Of a DNA stretch of 64,000 bases, positions 21,430-30,566 are shown one piece after another. Under the pieces are notes generated by a model. It did no database searches. It saw only the letters and a list, made by a program, of their open reading frames with translations, and was not told the DNA's origin. Position 1 is the first letter of the stretch, and every line of letters starts with the position of its first letter. This DNA is from Mycobacteriales bacterium (GTDB lineage Bacteria; Actinomycetota; Actinomycetes; Mycobacteriales; SCTD01), in NCBI GenBank assembly GCA_030447385.1, contig JAUJOY010000002.1, forward strand, positions 450,081 to 514,080, read 5' to 3'. A program made the position numbers and the translations under genes.

Positions 21430-22491
21430 TCAGGTCAGCCCGACGTCGTCGAGCAGCTTCAGGGTGTCCTCGAGCGAGTCGAGCTGGGAGAGGTCGATCT
21501 TCGGCCCCTGGAGCGAGGACAGCGGCGGCAGCCCGGGGATGTCGGCGTCGACCTCGTCGACCAGGGGGTACTCCTTGGTCACCTGTGCGAAGTAGGTCTG
21601 CGCCTCGTTGCCGAGCAGGTAGCCCACGAAGGACAGCGCGTTGGGGTTCGACCTGCCGGCGAGCACCGCGACGCCCGTCACGTTGACCAGGGAGCCGGGG
21701 TCGTCGCCGGGGAACAGGTAGTTGCGGGCCGTCAGCTTGTCCAGGCCGCCTGCCTCGGCGGCCTTCTCGTAGAGGTAGTAGTGGTTGACGAGGCCGTAGG
21801 GGATGGCGCCGGTGTTGACGGCGTCGACGATCGTGGCGTTGCCCTCGTACGCCTTCGGCTCGTTGGCCTTGAGCCCCTGCAGGAACGCGCGGGTGCGCTC
21901 CTCCCCGGCGGTGACGCGCATCCCGGTGACGAAGGACTGGAAGGACGCGTTCGTCGGGGCGTAGCCCACCTTGCCCTTGTACTTCGGGTCGGTGAGGTCG
22001 AAGACGCTGCGCGGCAGCTCGCCCGCCGGCACGAGGTCGGGGTTGTAGACCAGCACGCGTGAGCGGGCCGCGGTGCCGACCCACCGGCCCTCGGGTGAGC
22101 GGTACTGCTGGGGCACCTTCGCCAGCTCCGCGGCGGGCAGCGGGTCGAGCCGGCCGGCGTCCTGGAGCGCCCCGAGGGCGCCGGCGTCCTGGGAGAGGAA
22201 GACGCTCGCGGGGGAGCGGCTGCCCTCCTCGAGCAGCTGCGCGGCGAGCTCGGCGCTGCCGCCGTAGCGCGTGGCAACCGGGATCCCGGTTGCGGCGGTG
22301 AACTTCTCGAGCAGGGGACCGACGAGGTTCTCGTTGCGCCCGCTGTAGACGACCAGCGAGCCGGCCTCCGCCGCCGCGGCGAGCTCCTCGTCCTCGTCCG
22401 AGCCGGAGCCGCACGCCGTGGCGGACAGCAGGAGGGCGGTGGTGAGCAGCACCGTGCTGGCGGTGCGCCAACGGCGCGGGCGGCGTGACAC
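21430..22491 (-). CDS. Fe(III)-type ABC importer substrate-binding lipoprotein (FbpA/AfuA-like)
   Basis: VSRRPRRWRTASTVLLTTALLLSATACGSG... is a lipoprotein-like signal with a Cys. It is followed by ...LVVYSGRNENLVGPLLEKF.... GTG 22491 is preceded by GGAG. The track ORF starts further upstream. Confidence 0.8.
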   Translation of the reverse strand: MSRRPRRWRTASTVLLTTALLLSATACGSGSDEDEELAAAAEAGSLVVYSGRNENLVGPLLEKFTAATGIPVATRYGGSAELAAQLLEEGSRSPASVFLSQDAGALGALQDAGRLDPLPAAELAKVPQQYRSPEGRWVGTAARSRVLVYNPDLVPAGELPRSVFDLTDPKYKGKVGYAPTNASFQSFVTGMRVTAGEERTRAFLQGLKANEPKAYEGNATIVDAVNTGAIPYGLVNHYYLYEKAAEAGGLDKLTARNYLFPGDDPGSLVNVTGVAVLAGRSNPNALSFVGYLLGNEAQTYFAQVTKEYPLVDEVDADIPGLPPLSSLQGPKIDLSQLDSLEDTLKLLDDVGLT

Positions 22492-22540
22492 GGGGGCTCC
22501 AGGGGCAGGGTCGCGGGGTAGGTGCGTGGTAAGGGCAACC

Positions 22541-22559
22541 TTCCTAAAGGCTAACCCAC
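22541..22559. promoter_or_regulatory. weak IdeR/DtxR-like iron-box candidate upstream of the iron ABC importer
   Basis: TTCCTAAAGGCTAACCCAC matches 12 of 19 positions of the TTAGGTTAGGCTAACCTAA consensus as I recall it (hand alignment). The central AGGCTAACC is perfect. It lies 50-70 nt upstream of GTG 22491. Confidence 0.35.
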
Positions 22560-22658
22560 GGGCCGCAGGTTCTCCGGGTACCTCGTCCGCAGCGGGTTGG
22601 GGAAGATCACGGTGGGCACAGCCCCTGCCATCGGGCACGTGAGGACAGGGGCAGGACG

Positions 22659-22868
22659 TTGGCAGAGCTCAAGAAGGGCAGCCGGGTGACGGGCGGGGAC
22701 CGCGACAAGCTCGCGACCGACCTCAAGAAGCGCTACGAAGAGGGCGAGAGCATCCGCCTGCTGGCCGAGTCCTCGGGACGGTCGTACGGTTTCGTGCACC
22801 GCATCCTCAACGAGTCGGGGGCGGCGCTGCGGGGTCGTGGCGGGGCCACGCGCAGGAAGAGCTCCTGA
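22659..22868 (+). CDS. small helix-turn-helix protein (69 aa)
   Basis: ...EEGESIRLLAESSGRSYGFVHRILNESG... is HTH-like. The start is TTG. It sits near the ABC-F gene, as small HTH genes do in other actinobacteria as I recall. Confidence 0.65.
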   Translation: MAELKKGSRVTGGDRDKLATDLKKRYEEGESIRLLAESSGRSYGFVHRILNESGAALRGRGGATRRKSS

Positions 22869-22901
22869 CCTCTCGCACTGCAGGAAGGCACCGGGCACCT
22901 C

Positions 22902-24056
22902 ATGGACATGTCGCTGAGCCCTGACCAGGAGGACGTCCGCAAGGCCGTCAGGGCCTGGGTCGACGACGTCGTCGCGCCGCCCGCTCTGGAGAACGACCGC
23001 AAGGAGCGGTTCCCGCAGGAGGCGCTCGACGGCCTGCGCGAGACCGGCTTCATCGGCCTGTCGATCCCCGAGCAGTACGGCGGCGGCGGCGGCGACCCGA
23101 TGTCGTACGTGCTGTTCATCGAGGAGCTCGGGCGCGGCGATGCCAACGTCCGCTCGATCGTCAGCGTCCATCTCGGCCTGGTGGCCGGCTCGATCGAGCG
23201 CTGGGGCACCGAGGCGCAGAAGCAGCAGTGGCTCCCCTCGATGGCCACCGGCGCTGTGCTGGGCTGCTTCGGGCTGACCGAGCCCGACTACGGCAGCAAC
23301 CCGGCGGACCTGCAGGCGAGCGCGGTGAAGCAGTCCGACGGCAGCTACGTCCTCAACGGCAGCAAGATCTTCATCACCAACGGCACGATCGCAGGCGTCA
23401 CGCTGTTCATGGCGAGGACCGGTGGCCCTGGCGCGCGCGGGGTCAGCGCGTTCCTCGTGCCGAACGCCTGCCCCGGCTTCGAGGCCCGGCCCATCCACGG
23501 CAAGCTCGGCCTGCGCTCGTGCGACACCGCCGAGCTGGTCCTGCGCGACGTGCGGGTCGGTCCGGAGGCGCTGCTCGGCGGCCAGGAGGGCACGGGCATC
23601 CGGGTCGCGCTGACCGCCCTCAACGACGGGCGCATGTCGCTGGGGGCGTCGTGCACGGGCCTCGCGCAGGCCGCGCTGGACACGATGGTGAGCTACACCA
23701 AGGAGCGTCACCAGTTCGGCAAGCCGGTCGCCGCGCACCAGCTGGTGCAGGCGCTCATCGCCGACACCGCGGTCGAGGTGGACTGCGCGCGGCTGCTCAC
23801 CTACCGGGTCGCCGACCTCAAGACGCGGGGCGAGGACTACGCGCTCGCGGCCTCGAAGGCGAAGTACTACGCCTCGGAGGCCAGCGTGCGGGCGGCGAAC
23901 GCGTGCGTCCAGGCGCACGGCGGCTACGGCTACATCGACGAGTACGCCGCCGGGAAGTACCTTCGGGACGCGCGGGTTACGACGCTGTACGAAGGCACGT
24001 CCCAGATCCAGCAGCTCATCATCGGGCGGGCGCTGACCGGGCTGTCGGCCTTCTAG
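22902..24056 (+). CDS. acyl-CoA dehydrogenase
   Basis: 384 aa with ...GLTEPDYGSNPADL..., ...KIFITNG... and ...QAHGGYGYIDEYAAGKYLRDARVTTLYEGTSQIQ..., the classic ACAD C-terminal motif. Confidence 0.9.
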   Translation: MDMSLSPDQEDVRKAVRAWVDDVVAPPALENDRKERFPQEALDGLRETGFIGLSIPEQYGGGGGDPMSYVLFIEELGRGDANVRSIVSVHLGLVAGSIERWGTEAQKQQWLPSMATGAVLGCFGLTEPDYGSNPADLQASAVKQSDGSYVLNGSKIFITNGTIAGVTLFMARTGGPGARGVSAFLVPNACPGFEARPIHGKLGLRSCDTAELVLRDVRVGPEALLGGQEGTGIRVALTALNDGRMSLGASCTGLAQAALDTMVSYTKERHQFGKPVAAHQLVQALIADTAVEVDCARLLTYRVADLKTRGEDYALAASKAKYYASEASVRAANACVQAHGGYGYIDEYAAGKYLRDARVTTLYEGTSQIQQLIIGRALTGLSAF

Positions 24057-24136
24057 GAGCGACGGCGGCTTCGAGGACGACGGCTTCCCCGCAGCGCCGG
24101 CTCGTCGCCCCGAGCGGCGCGGCGAGGGAGGCCCGG

Positions 24137-26062
24137 ATGATGCACGACGTCTCCCGCCACTCCATGATGAGGTCGTTCCGCAACGACCCGGCCGTCGCGG
24201 ACGTCAAGCTGGCGCCGGGCACGGTCCGGCGCATCGTGCAGTTCGCCGCGGCCTACCGGCGCGACCTCACCGTCTTCCTGGTGCTGATCGTCGTCGCCGC
24301 CTTCGTCGCCGTGCTGAACCCGCTGATCTTCAAGAAGATCATCGACGACGGCATCGGGACTGACCCGCCGGCGACCGGCGACCCGGGGCTCGTGATCGCG
24401 CTCGCGCTCCTGGTCGCCGGGCTCGCGCTGTTCGACGGCGTGCTGCAGCTGTGGTCGAAGTGGTGCTCGACGCGGATCGGCGAGGGACTGATCTACGACA
24501 TGCGCTCGCAGGTCTACGCGCACATCGCCCGGATGCCGATCGCGTTCTTCACCCGCACGCAGACCGGCGCCCTCATCAGCCGGCTCAACAACGACGTGAT
24601 GGGGGCCCAGTCGGCCTTCACCGGCACCCTGTCCGGCGTCGTGAGCAACGTCATCGGCGTCGTCCTGACGCTGATCGCGATGCTGATCCTGTCGTGGCAG
24701 ATCACCCTGCTCTCCCTGGTGCTGCTGCCGGTGTTCATCATCCCGGCCAAGCTGATCGGCACCAGGCTGCAGGAGCTGACCCGGGAGTCCTACGCGCTCG
24801 ACGCCGCGATGACCAACGAGATGACCGAGCGCTTCAACGTGTCGGGGGCGCTGCTGGTCAAGCTGTTCGGGCGGCCGGACGTCGACGACGCGTCCTTCCG
24901 CGAGAAGGCCGGCCGGGTCCGCGACATCGGCATCACCCGCGCGATGTACGGCCGGGTCTTCTTCGTCTCCCTCACCACGGTGGCGGCGCTGGCGACCGCG
25001 ATGGTCTACGGCGTGGGCGGCGTCCTCGCAGCGAGTGGCTCGCTCGGCGTGGGGACGGTGGTGGCCCTGGCCGCCTACCTCACCCGGCTGTACGGACCGC
25101 TGACGGCCCTGTCCAACGTGCGGGTCGACGTGATGACGGCCCTGGTCAGCTTCGAGCGGGTCTTCGAGGTGCTCGACCTCGAGCCGATGGTGGTCGACCA
25201 GTCGGACGCGGTCGACATCCCGCCCGGCGCAGCCGCCATCGAGTTCGACGACGTCGTCTTCGCCTATCCGAGTGCCACAGAGGTCTCGCTCGCGTCGTTG
25301 GAGTCGGTCGCCACGCTCGACAGCGCTCCCTCGACGACAGTGCTGCGCGGCGTGTCGTTCCGGGTGGAGCCCGGCCAGCTGGTGGCGCTCGTCGGTCCAT
25401 CGGGCGCCGGCAAGACCACCATGGGCCAGCTCGTCACGCGCATGTACGACGTCACCTCCGGCTCGGTGCGCATCGGCGGGGTCGACGTGCGGGACGCCAG
25501 CATGCAGTCCCTGCGCGACGCCGTCGGGGTCGTGACCCAGGACGCGCACATGTTCCACGACACCATCCGGGCCAACCTGCTGTACGCCGCACCGCACGCG
25601 ACGGACGAGCAGCTGTGGGAGGTGCTGGACGCCGCGCAGGTCGGGACGTTCGTGCGCGGCCTGCCCGACGGGCTGGACACGCTGGTGGGGGACCGGGGCT
25701 ACCGGCTGTCCGGCGGGGAGAAGCAGCGCATGGCGATCGCCCGCCTGCTGCTGAAGGCACCCGGTGTGGTGGTCCTGGACGAGGCGACGGCGCACCTCGA
25801 CTCCGAGTCCGAGGCGGCCGTGCAGCGGGCGCTGTCGACGGCCCTCGCCGGCCGTACGTCCATGGTGATCGCGCACCGGCTCTCGACGGTCCGGCAGGCC
25901 GACGAGATCCTGGTCGTGCAGGACGGGCAGATCGTCGAGCGCGGCCGCCACGACGAGCTGCTCGAGCGGGGCGGGGTCTACACCGAGCTGTACCGCACGC
26001 AGTTCCGCCGGGACGGCCGCGCCGACGAGCCGGAGACGCGCGCGCCGCAGCCGGTCGCCTGA
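24137..26062 (+). CDS. ABC exporter, fused TMD-NBD half transporter (MsbA/MdlB-like)
   Basis: This is the C-terminal 641 codons of track ORF 23228..26062. It has a 6-TM N-domain followed by GPSGAGKTT, LSGGEKQRMAIARLL and VLDEATAHLD. ATG 24137 is preceded by GAGGGAGG. Confidence 0.9.
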   Translation: MMHDVSRHSMMRSFRNDPAVADVKLAPGTVRRIVQFAAAYRRDLTVFLVLIVVAAFVAVLNPLIFKKIIDDGIGTDPPATGDPGLVIALALLVAGLALFDGVLQLWSKWCSTRIGEGLIYDMRSQVYAHIARMPIAFFTRTQTGALISRLNNDVMGAQSAFTGTLSGVVSNVIGVVLTLIAMLILSWQITLLSLVLLPVFIIPAKLIGTRLQELTRESYALDAAMTNEMTERFNVSGALLVKLFGRPDVDDASFREKAGRVRDIGITRAMYGRVFFVSLTTVAALATAMVYGVGGVLAASGSLGVGTVVALAAYLTRLYGPLTALSNVRVDVMTALVSFERVFEVLDLEPMVVDQSDAVDIPPGAAAIEFDDVVFAYPSATEVSLASLESVATLDSAPSTTVLRGVSFRVEPGQLVALVGPSGAGKTTMGQLVTRMYDVTSGSVRIGGVDVRDASMQSLRDAVGVVTQDAHMFHDTIRANLLYAAPHATDEQLWEVLDAAQVGTFVRGLPDGLDTLVGDRGYRLSGGEKQRMAIARLLLKAPGVVVLDEATAHLDSESEAAVQRALSTALAGRTSMVIAHRLSTVRQADEILVVQDGQIVERGRHDELLERGGVYTELYRTQFRRDGRADEPETRAPQPVA

Positions 26063-26155
26063 CCAGCCGACTCCAGTGCAGCAGGTCACGCGCCGACTAG
26101 CGTGGGGCGGAGCGGTCGACGAGGCGGCGAGCACCGGAACGAGAGGGGATGCGCC

Positions 26156-26371
26156 ATGACCGAGAGCCCGAGCTTCAAGGACCTGCCGGCTGAGCCCATT
26201 CACTTCTGGATCGGCGCGCTCCTGGTCGTCACCTTCCTCGCCGCCGTCGTCTACATCGCCACCAGCGGCCCCTTGCGCGCCCGCACGAGCTGCGAGGACG
26301 GTGGCGGCGTCTACATCAGCCGTTTCGGGACGTGCGAGCAGCCGGTGCCGGGGCAGCCCCTGCCCCGGTGA
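26156..26371 (+). CDS. small hypothetical membrane protein (71 aa)
   Basis: MTESPSFKDLPAEPIHFWIGALLVVTFLAAVVYIATSG... has one TM segment, then two Cys. GAGAGGGGA precedes ATG 26156. Confidence 0.4.
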   Translation: MTESPSFKDLPAEPIHFWIGALLVVTFLAAVVYIATSGPLRARTSCEDGGGVYISRFGTCEQPVPGQPLPR

Positions 26372-26404
26372 CGGCACCCGGATCGCGCCGGCCAGCGCGC
26401 CGGC

Positions 26405-27463
26405 TCAGCCGATGTGACCGGTGACGTTGCCCTGCTGGTCACGGACGGCCGTGCGCTCCACCCGGAACACCAGCTCGGGCAGTCCCGGCACCTCGTAGGT
26501 CCCGGCGACCGGCCGGAGCGCGGCCGCGACGGCCTCAGCCTGATCGTCGGTGAGGCTGAGGTTCCACCCTCGGGGGGTCTTCATCAGGGTGTAGAAGGCG
26601 CCGGCGAACACGGTCAGCGACTCCTTCGCACCGGTGAGCATGAAGGCCCGCCCGAACGGGATGCGCAGCGGCAGCAGCAGGCACAGGCTGTCCACGACCG
26701 TCGCGGGCAAGGTCACCATCGCCGGGCGCCGCGGGAACCGGCGCTCGGCCCGGACGCTCAGGGTGCTGATGCGCAGGGCTCCCAGTGAGGAGCCGTTCTT
26801 CGTGCGCCCCTCGACGATGGCCCGGTCCACCTCCGGGTGGCTGAGCAGGGACCGGCGACCGAGGTCGGTGACCAGCAACGGCAGGTGCTCGCTCAGGATC
26901 GGCGCCACGGCGGTCGCGTCCCAGGTGCGGATGGCGGCCCGCTCGTCCTCGGTGATGCCGACGATCTGCAGGAAGCGGACGTGGCCGAACGGGCCCAGGA
27001 AGTCCTCGAGCTCTGGGTCGTTGTAGAACATCGCCGCGCGGATGGCGGTGTCCGACCCCTCCCGGATCGGGCCGAACAGGTCCATCGAGTGCCCGGGGGA
27101 GAACACGTTGCCGGTCTCGTACACGTACCGCGCGAGGTTCTGCAGCACGTTGGCCAGGAAGACGGGGGGTTCGGTCTCGGACCCGCGGCGCAGGCGTGCG
27201 GTGAGCTCGAACCCCCAGCCGCTGACCAGCGGGTCCTCGCGCTCCTTGCGGTAGAGCTCGCTCAGGCCGTAGGAGACGTAGTGCCAGTGCGGTACGGGGT
27301 CGGACCGCGCGTAGACGGAGATCCCGTCGAGCGGGTCCGGCCCACCGGCGGCCCAGCGCTGGGCGGTCCCCCAGTGCTGGACCGGCTCGCGGTTGCCGTA
27401 GACCGCCGCGAGCGCGGAGTCGACGGCCTCCCACCCCGGTGCCGGATCCTCCCTGTGGGGCAT
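26405..27463 (-). CDS. Suppressor-of-fused (SUFU)-like domain protein
   Basis: MPHREDPAPGWEAVDSALAAVYGNREPVQHWGT...PVPHWHYVSYGLSELY...GWGFELTARL... resembles bacterial SUFU-family proteins. I set the start at ATG 27463. The 205-codon upstream extension in the track ORF is Arg/Pro-rich and looks non-coding. Confidence 0.65.
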   Translation of the reverse strand: MPHREDPAPGWEAVDSALAAVYGNREPVQHWGTAQRWAAGGPDPLDGISVYARSDPVPHWHYVSYGLSELYRKEREDPLVSGWGFELTARLRRGSETEPPVFLANVLQNLARYVYETGNVFSPGHSMDLFGPIREGSDTAIRAAMFYNDPELEDFLGPFGHVRFLQIVGITEDERAAIRTWDATAVAPILSEHLPLLVTDLGRRSLLSHPEVDRAIVEGRTKNGSSLGALRISTLSVRAERRFPRRPAMVTLPATVVDSLCLLLPLRIPFGRAFMLTGAKESLTVFAGAFYTLMKTPRGWNLSLTDDQAEAVAAALRPVAGTYEVPGLPELVFRVERTAVRDQQGNVTGHIG

Positions 27464-27583
27464 GCCGGGATTCTCGCGCAGATCCGGGCCTGTTGGACAT
27501 ACCGGGTGCGGCAGCCGGCTGCCCGGCGCAAACGCCGCGCGCGCGTCGACGCCCCACGGCGGCGGCCTCCTCCAGGCTCGCGA

Positions 27584-27609
27584 GGGCGGCGGCGAAGGGC
27601 GGCGGCGAA
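27584..27609. repeat. perfect 13-bp tandem duplication GGGCGGCGGCGAA x2
   Basis: Read directly: 27584-27596 equals 27597-27609. It lies in the long non-coding stretch between the SUFU-like gene and the acidic small ORF. Confidence 0.8.
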
Positions 27610-27914
27610 GGTGCCCGCGGCCGCCGGGTCCGGGGCGCCAGGGGTCGGGCCGGGGGCTGTCGCTGATCTCGGGGCCAGCGTCGGGCTCCTGGCGGGCACT
27701 GCTGGCACCGAGTTCCGCAGCGGCGGGGCTCGGCGGAAGCAGGCGGCGAGACGCTCGTCGACATCGGGGGGCTCGTCGAGGCCGAGGGCCCCGGAGCCGG
27801 CCGACGGGGACGCAGTGGTGCCGACTCCCGCTGCTGCGGCGGGACCCCGCCCACCACCGCAACGCCGGGGAGGGCGGCAGCGACCGGTGGGCGTGCTGGG
27901 CCGCCAGGGGTCCT

Positions 27915-28085
27915 CTAGCCCGCGCCGCCCGGAGACTCGCCGCCGACACCACCGAGCAGGTGGTCGTCGTCGAAGGACGCCGGGTCGCTCGTGGCCGGGA
28001 GGTCGTCGACCTCGAGCTCGTCGGGGTCGGCGGACACGTCCGTGCCGTCCTGGATCTTCCGGGTGTCGCCCGCCGCATCGGTCAT
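27915..28085 (-). CDS. candidate small acidic protein (56 aa), not in the ORF track
   Basis: My translation is MTDAAGDTRKIQDGTDVSADPDELEVDDLPATSDPASFDDDHLLGGVGGESPGGAG*. 52 of 56 codons end in G/C (hand count), similar to bona fide genes here. GGTAGG lies about 8 nt upstream of the ATG. I recognised no family. Confidence 0.35.
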   Translation of the reverse strand: MTDAAGDTRKIQDGTDVSADPDELEVDDLPATSDPASFDDDHLLGGVGGESPGGAG

Positions 28086-28148
28086 CTCGCGTACCTACCC
28101 AGCAGAGGCCCCGCAGATGCGAGGATGCCTCCGACTTCAGGAGGCCTC

Positions 28149-29798
28149 GTGGCGACGCTCGTGCTCGGTCCGCTTCTGCGTCACGTGGACGAGACCTCCG
28201 CGACGGTGTGGGTCGAGACGGACGAGCCCTGCGAGGTAGGCGTTCTCGGCTGCACCCAGCGCACGTTCACCGTGGCCGGACACCACTTCGCCCTCGTCAT
28301 CTGTGACGGGCTGGCTCCCGGCAGCACCACCCCCTACGCCGTCGAGCTCGACGGGCGAGTGGCGTGGCCGCCGGCGGACTCGCCGTTCCCGCCGCCGGTG
28401 GTGCGCACCCGCACCGGCGAGGGTGACGAGCCGTTCCGGCTGCTCTTCGGCTCCTGCCGGGTGGCCCGCCCGCACCAGCCGCCGTACACGCTCGCGAAGG
28501 GCAAGGACGCGGTCGGCGTCGACGCGCTCCACGCGTACGCGCGCCGGATGCTGACGCAGGAGGAGCCGTCCTGGCCGGACGCCCTCCTGCTGGTGGGCGA
28601 CCAGGTCTACGCCGACGAGGTGTCACCGCAGACGCTGGCACGGATCGAGCGCACCCGCGGTACGAAGGTGCCGCCGGGGGACGGGGTCGCGAACTTCGAG
28701 GAGTACACCTGGCTCTACTCCGAGGCGTGGTCGGACCCGACGATCCGCTGGGTGCTCTCGACGCTGCCGAGCGCGATGGTCTTCGACGACCACGACGTGC
28801 ACGACGACTGGAACACCTCGGCGGTCTGGCGCCGCACGATGCAGGCCACCTCGTGGTGGCAGGACCGCATCGAGGGCGGTCTGATGAGCTACTGGATCTA
28901 CCAGCACCTGGGCAACCTGTCGCCGGCCGCCCTCGCGGAGGACGAGATGTGGGCGGCCGTGAGCGGGCACGTCGGCGACGCCGAGGACCTGCTGCGCGAC
29001 TTCGCCCGTCGCGCAGACGCCGAGGCCGACGGGGGCAAGGGCGTGCGGTGGAGCTACCGGCGGGACTACGGGGACGTCCGCCTGCTCGTGCTCGACTCAC
29101 GCGGCGGCCGGGTCCTCGACACCGGGGAGCGCTCCATGGTCGACCCGGCGGAGTGGGAGTGGATCGTCGAGCAGACCAAGGACTGCGCGTCGCACCTGCT
29201 GCTCGCCTCGTCGCTGCCGGTCCTGCTCCCGCAGGCGATCCACGGCCTGGAGGCCTGGAACGAAGCGGTCTGCGACGGCGCCTGGGGCAGCCGGTGGCGG
29301 GACTGGGGCGAGAAGATCCGCCAGGGAGCCGATCTCGAGCACTGGGCTGCCTTCCGCAAGAGCTGGGAGGCGCTGATGGGGCTGGTCGCCGAAGTCGGCG
29401 CAGGCAGGTACGGCCCGGCTCCGGCGTCGATCACCTTCCTCGGCGGTGACGTGCACTTCAGCTACCTGGCCCGCGCCCGCTTCTCGACGCAGAACGTGCA
29501 GAGCAAGGTGCACCAGGCTGTCTGCTCTCCGGTGCGCAACCCGGTGAACCGCCCGATCCAGCTCGGGGACCGCTTCGCGGGGACGTCGTTCGGCCGTGTG
29601 CTCGGTCACTGGCTTGCCGCGTCCGCGCGTGTTCCCCGTCCGCAGCTGAGCTGGCGGATCGACTACAAGCCGCGCTTCGACAACGAGATCGGCGCGATCG
29701 AGCTTGACGGCCGCGAGGCGCTGTTCCGGCTCGAGCGGGCGATCCCCGGCGACCCCGACGAGTCGCTCGAGACCGTCCTCGAGCAACGGCTGACCTAG
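28149..29798 (+). CDS. PhoD-like alkaline phosphatase / metallophosphoesterase family protein, no signal peptide seen
   Basis: This is the C-terminal 549 codons of track ORF 27462..29798. It reads ...LGPLLRHVDETSATVWVETDEP... (PhoD_N-like), ...LLLVGDQVYADE..., ...MVFDDHDVHDDWN... and ...FLGGDVHFSY.... GTG 28149 is preceded by AGGAGG at a 4-nt spacing. Confidence 0.75.
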   Translation: MATLVLGPLLRHVDETSATVWVETDEPCEVGVLGCTQRTFTVAGHHFALVICDGLAPGSTTPYAVELDGRVAWPPADSPFPPPVVRTRTGEGDEPFRLLFGSCRVARPHQPPYTLAKGKDAVGVDALHAYARRMLTQEEPSWPDALLLVGDQVYADEVSPQTLARIERTRGTKVPPGDGVANFEEYTWLYSEAWSDPTIRWVLSTLPSAMVFDDHDVHDDWNTSAVWRRTMQATSWWQDRIEGGLMSYWIYQHLGNLSPAALAEDEMWAAVSGHVGDAEDLLRDFARRADAEADGGKGVRWSYRRDYGDVRLLVLDSRGGRVLDTGERSMVDPAEWEWIVEQTKDCASHLLLASSLPVLLPQAIHGLEAWNEAVCDGAWGSRWRDWGEKIRQGADLEHWAAFRKSWEALMGLVAEVGAGRYGPAPASITFLGGDVHFSYLARARFSTQNVQSKVHQAVCSPVRNPVNRPIQLGDRFAGTSFGRVLGHWLAASARVPRPQLSWRIDYKPRFDNEIGAIELDGREALFRLERAIPGDPDESLETVLEQRLT

Positions 29799-29813
29799 CC
29801 CGGGTCCGCAGCC

Positions 29814-30557
29814 TCACAGCGCCCGGGACGCGCCGCCGTCGACCGGCACCATCACGCCGGTGAGGTAGGACGCCGCGGGGCTGAGCACGAACGCGGCCAC
29901 GCGCCCGAACTCCTCGGGGTTGCCGTAGCGGCGCAGCGGGATGCCGGCCTCGGCCCGCTCGCGCGCGGCCGGATCGGGACCGTCGAGCGAGCGCACCCGA
30001 TCGGTGTCCACCCGTCCGGGCAGCAGGCCGTTGACGCGGATGGCACGGGGGCCGAGCTCGTCGGCCATGGTCTTGGCGAGCATCGCGAGGCCCGGTCGCA
30101 GCCCGTTGCTGGCGGCCAGTCCGGCGATCGGGCCCTTGACGCTGGTGGACAGCACCAGGGCGAGGGATCCGCCCTCCTCGGGAAGGGCATCCACGACGGC
30201 CCGGCACAGGCGTACCGCTCCCAGGAACAGGCTGTCGAACGCCGTCTGCCACTGCTCGTCCGACAGCTCCAGCGCCGCTCCGGCAGGCGGCCCGCCCACG
30301 CTGATCAGCGCACCGTCCAGCCGCCCGTACGCGTCCTGCGCAGCGGCGACCAGGCGCCCCGGTGCAGCGGGGTCCGCGAGGTCAGCGACGACGCCTGTGG
30401 CTCCGAGCGCGTCCGCGGCCGAGGCCACTGCGGCCTCGGATCGCGCGCTGAGAACGACGGACGCACCCTCGCCGACGAGAGCCGTGGCTGCCGCGAGGCC
30501 AAGACCGCGCGAGCCTCCGGTGACGACGAAGGCCTTGCCGTTCAGGCCGAGATCCAT
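29814..30557 (-). CDS. short-chain dehydrogenase/reductase
   Basis: 247 aa with a VTGGSRGLG Rossmann motif and an SDR-length architecture. Confidence 0.85.
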   Translation of the reverse strand: MDLGLNGKAFVVTGGSRGLGLAAATALVGEGASVVLSARSEAAVASAADALGATGVVADLADPAAPGRLVAAAQDAYGRLDGALISVGGPPAGAALELSDEQWQTAFDSLFLGAVRLCRAVVDALPEEGGSLALVLSTSVKGPIAGLAASNGLRPGLAMLAKTMADELGPRAIRVNGLLPGRVDTDRVRSLDGPDPAARERAEAGIPLRRYGNPEEFGRVAAFVLSPAASYLTGVMVPVDGGASRAL

Positions 30558-30566
30558 TCGCTGCTC

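Noticed and set aside
27464-28078. 205-codon N-terminal extension of the SUFU-like ORF (track ORF 26405..28078).
   Set aside because: The extension is extremely Arg/Pro/Ser-rich with no SUFU similarity. The SUFU-like domain begins right at MPHREDPAPGW (ATG 27463). A different frame in 27915-28085 has the much stronger coding signature.
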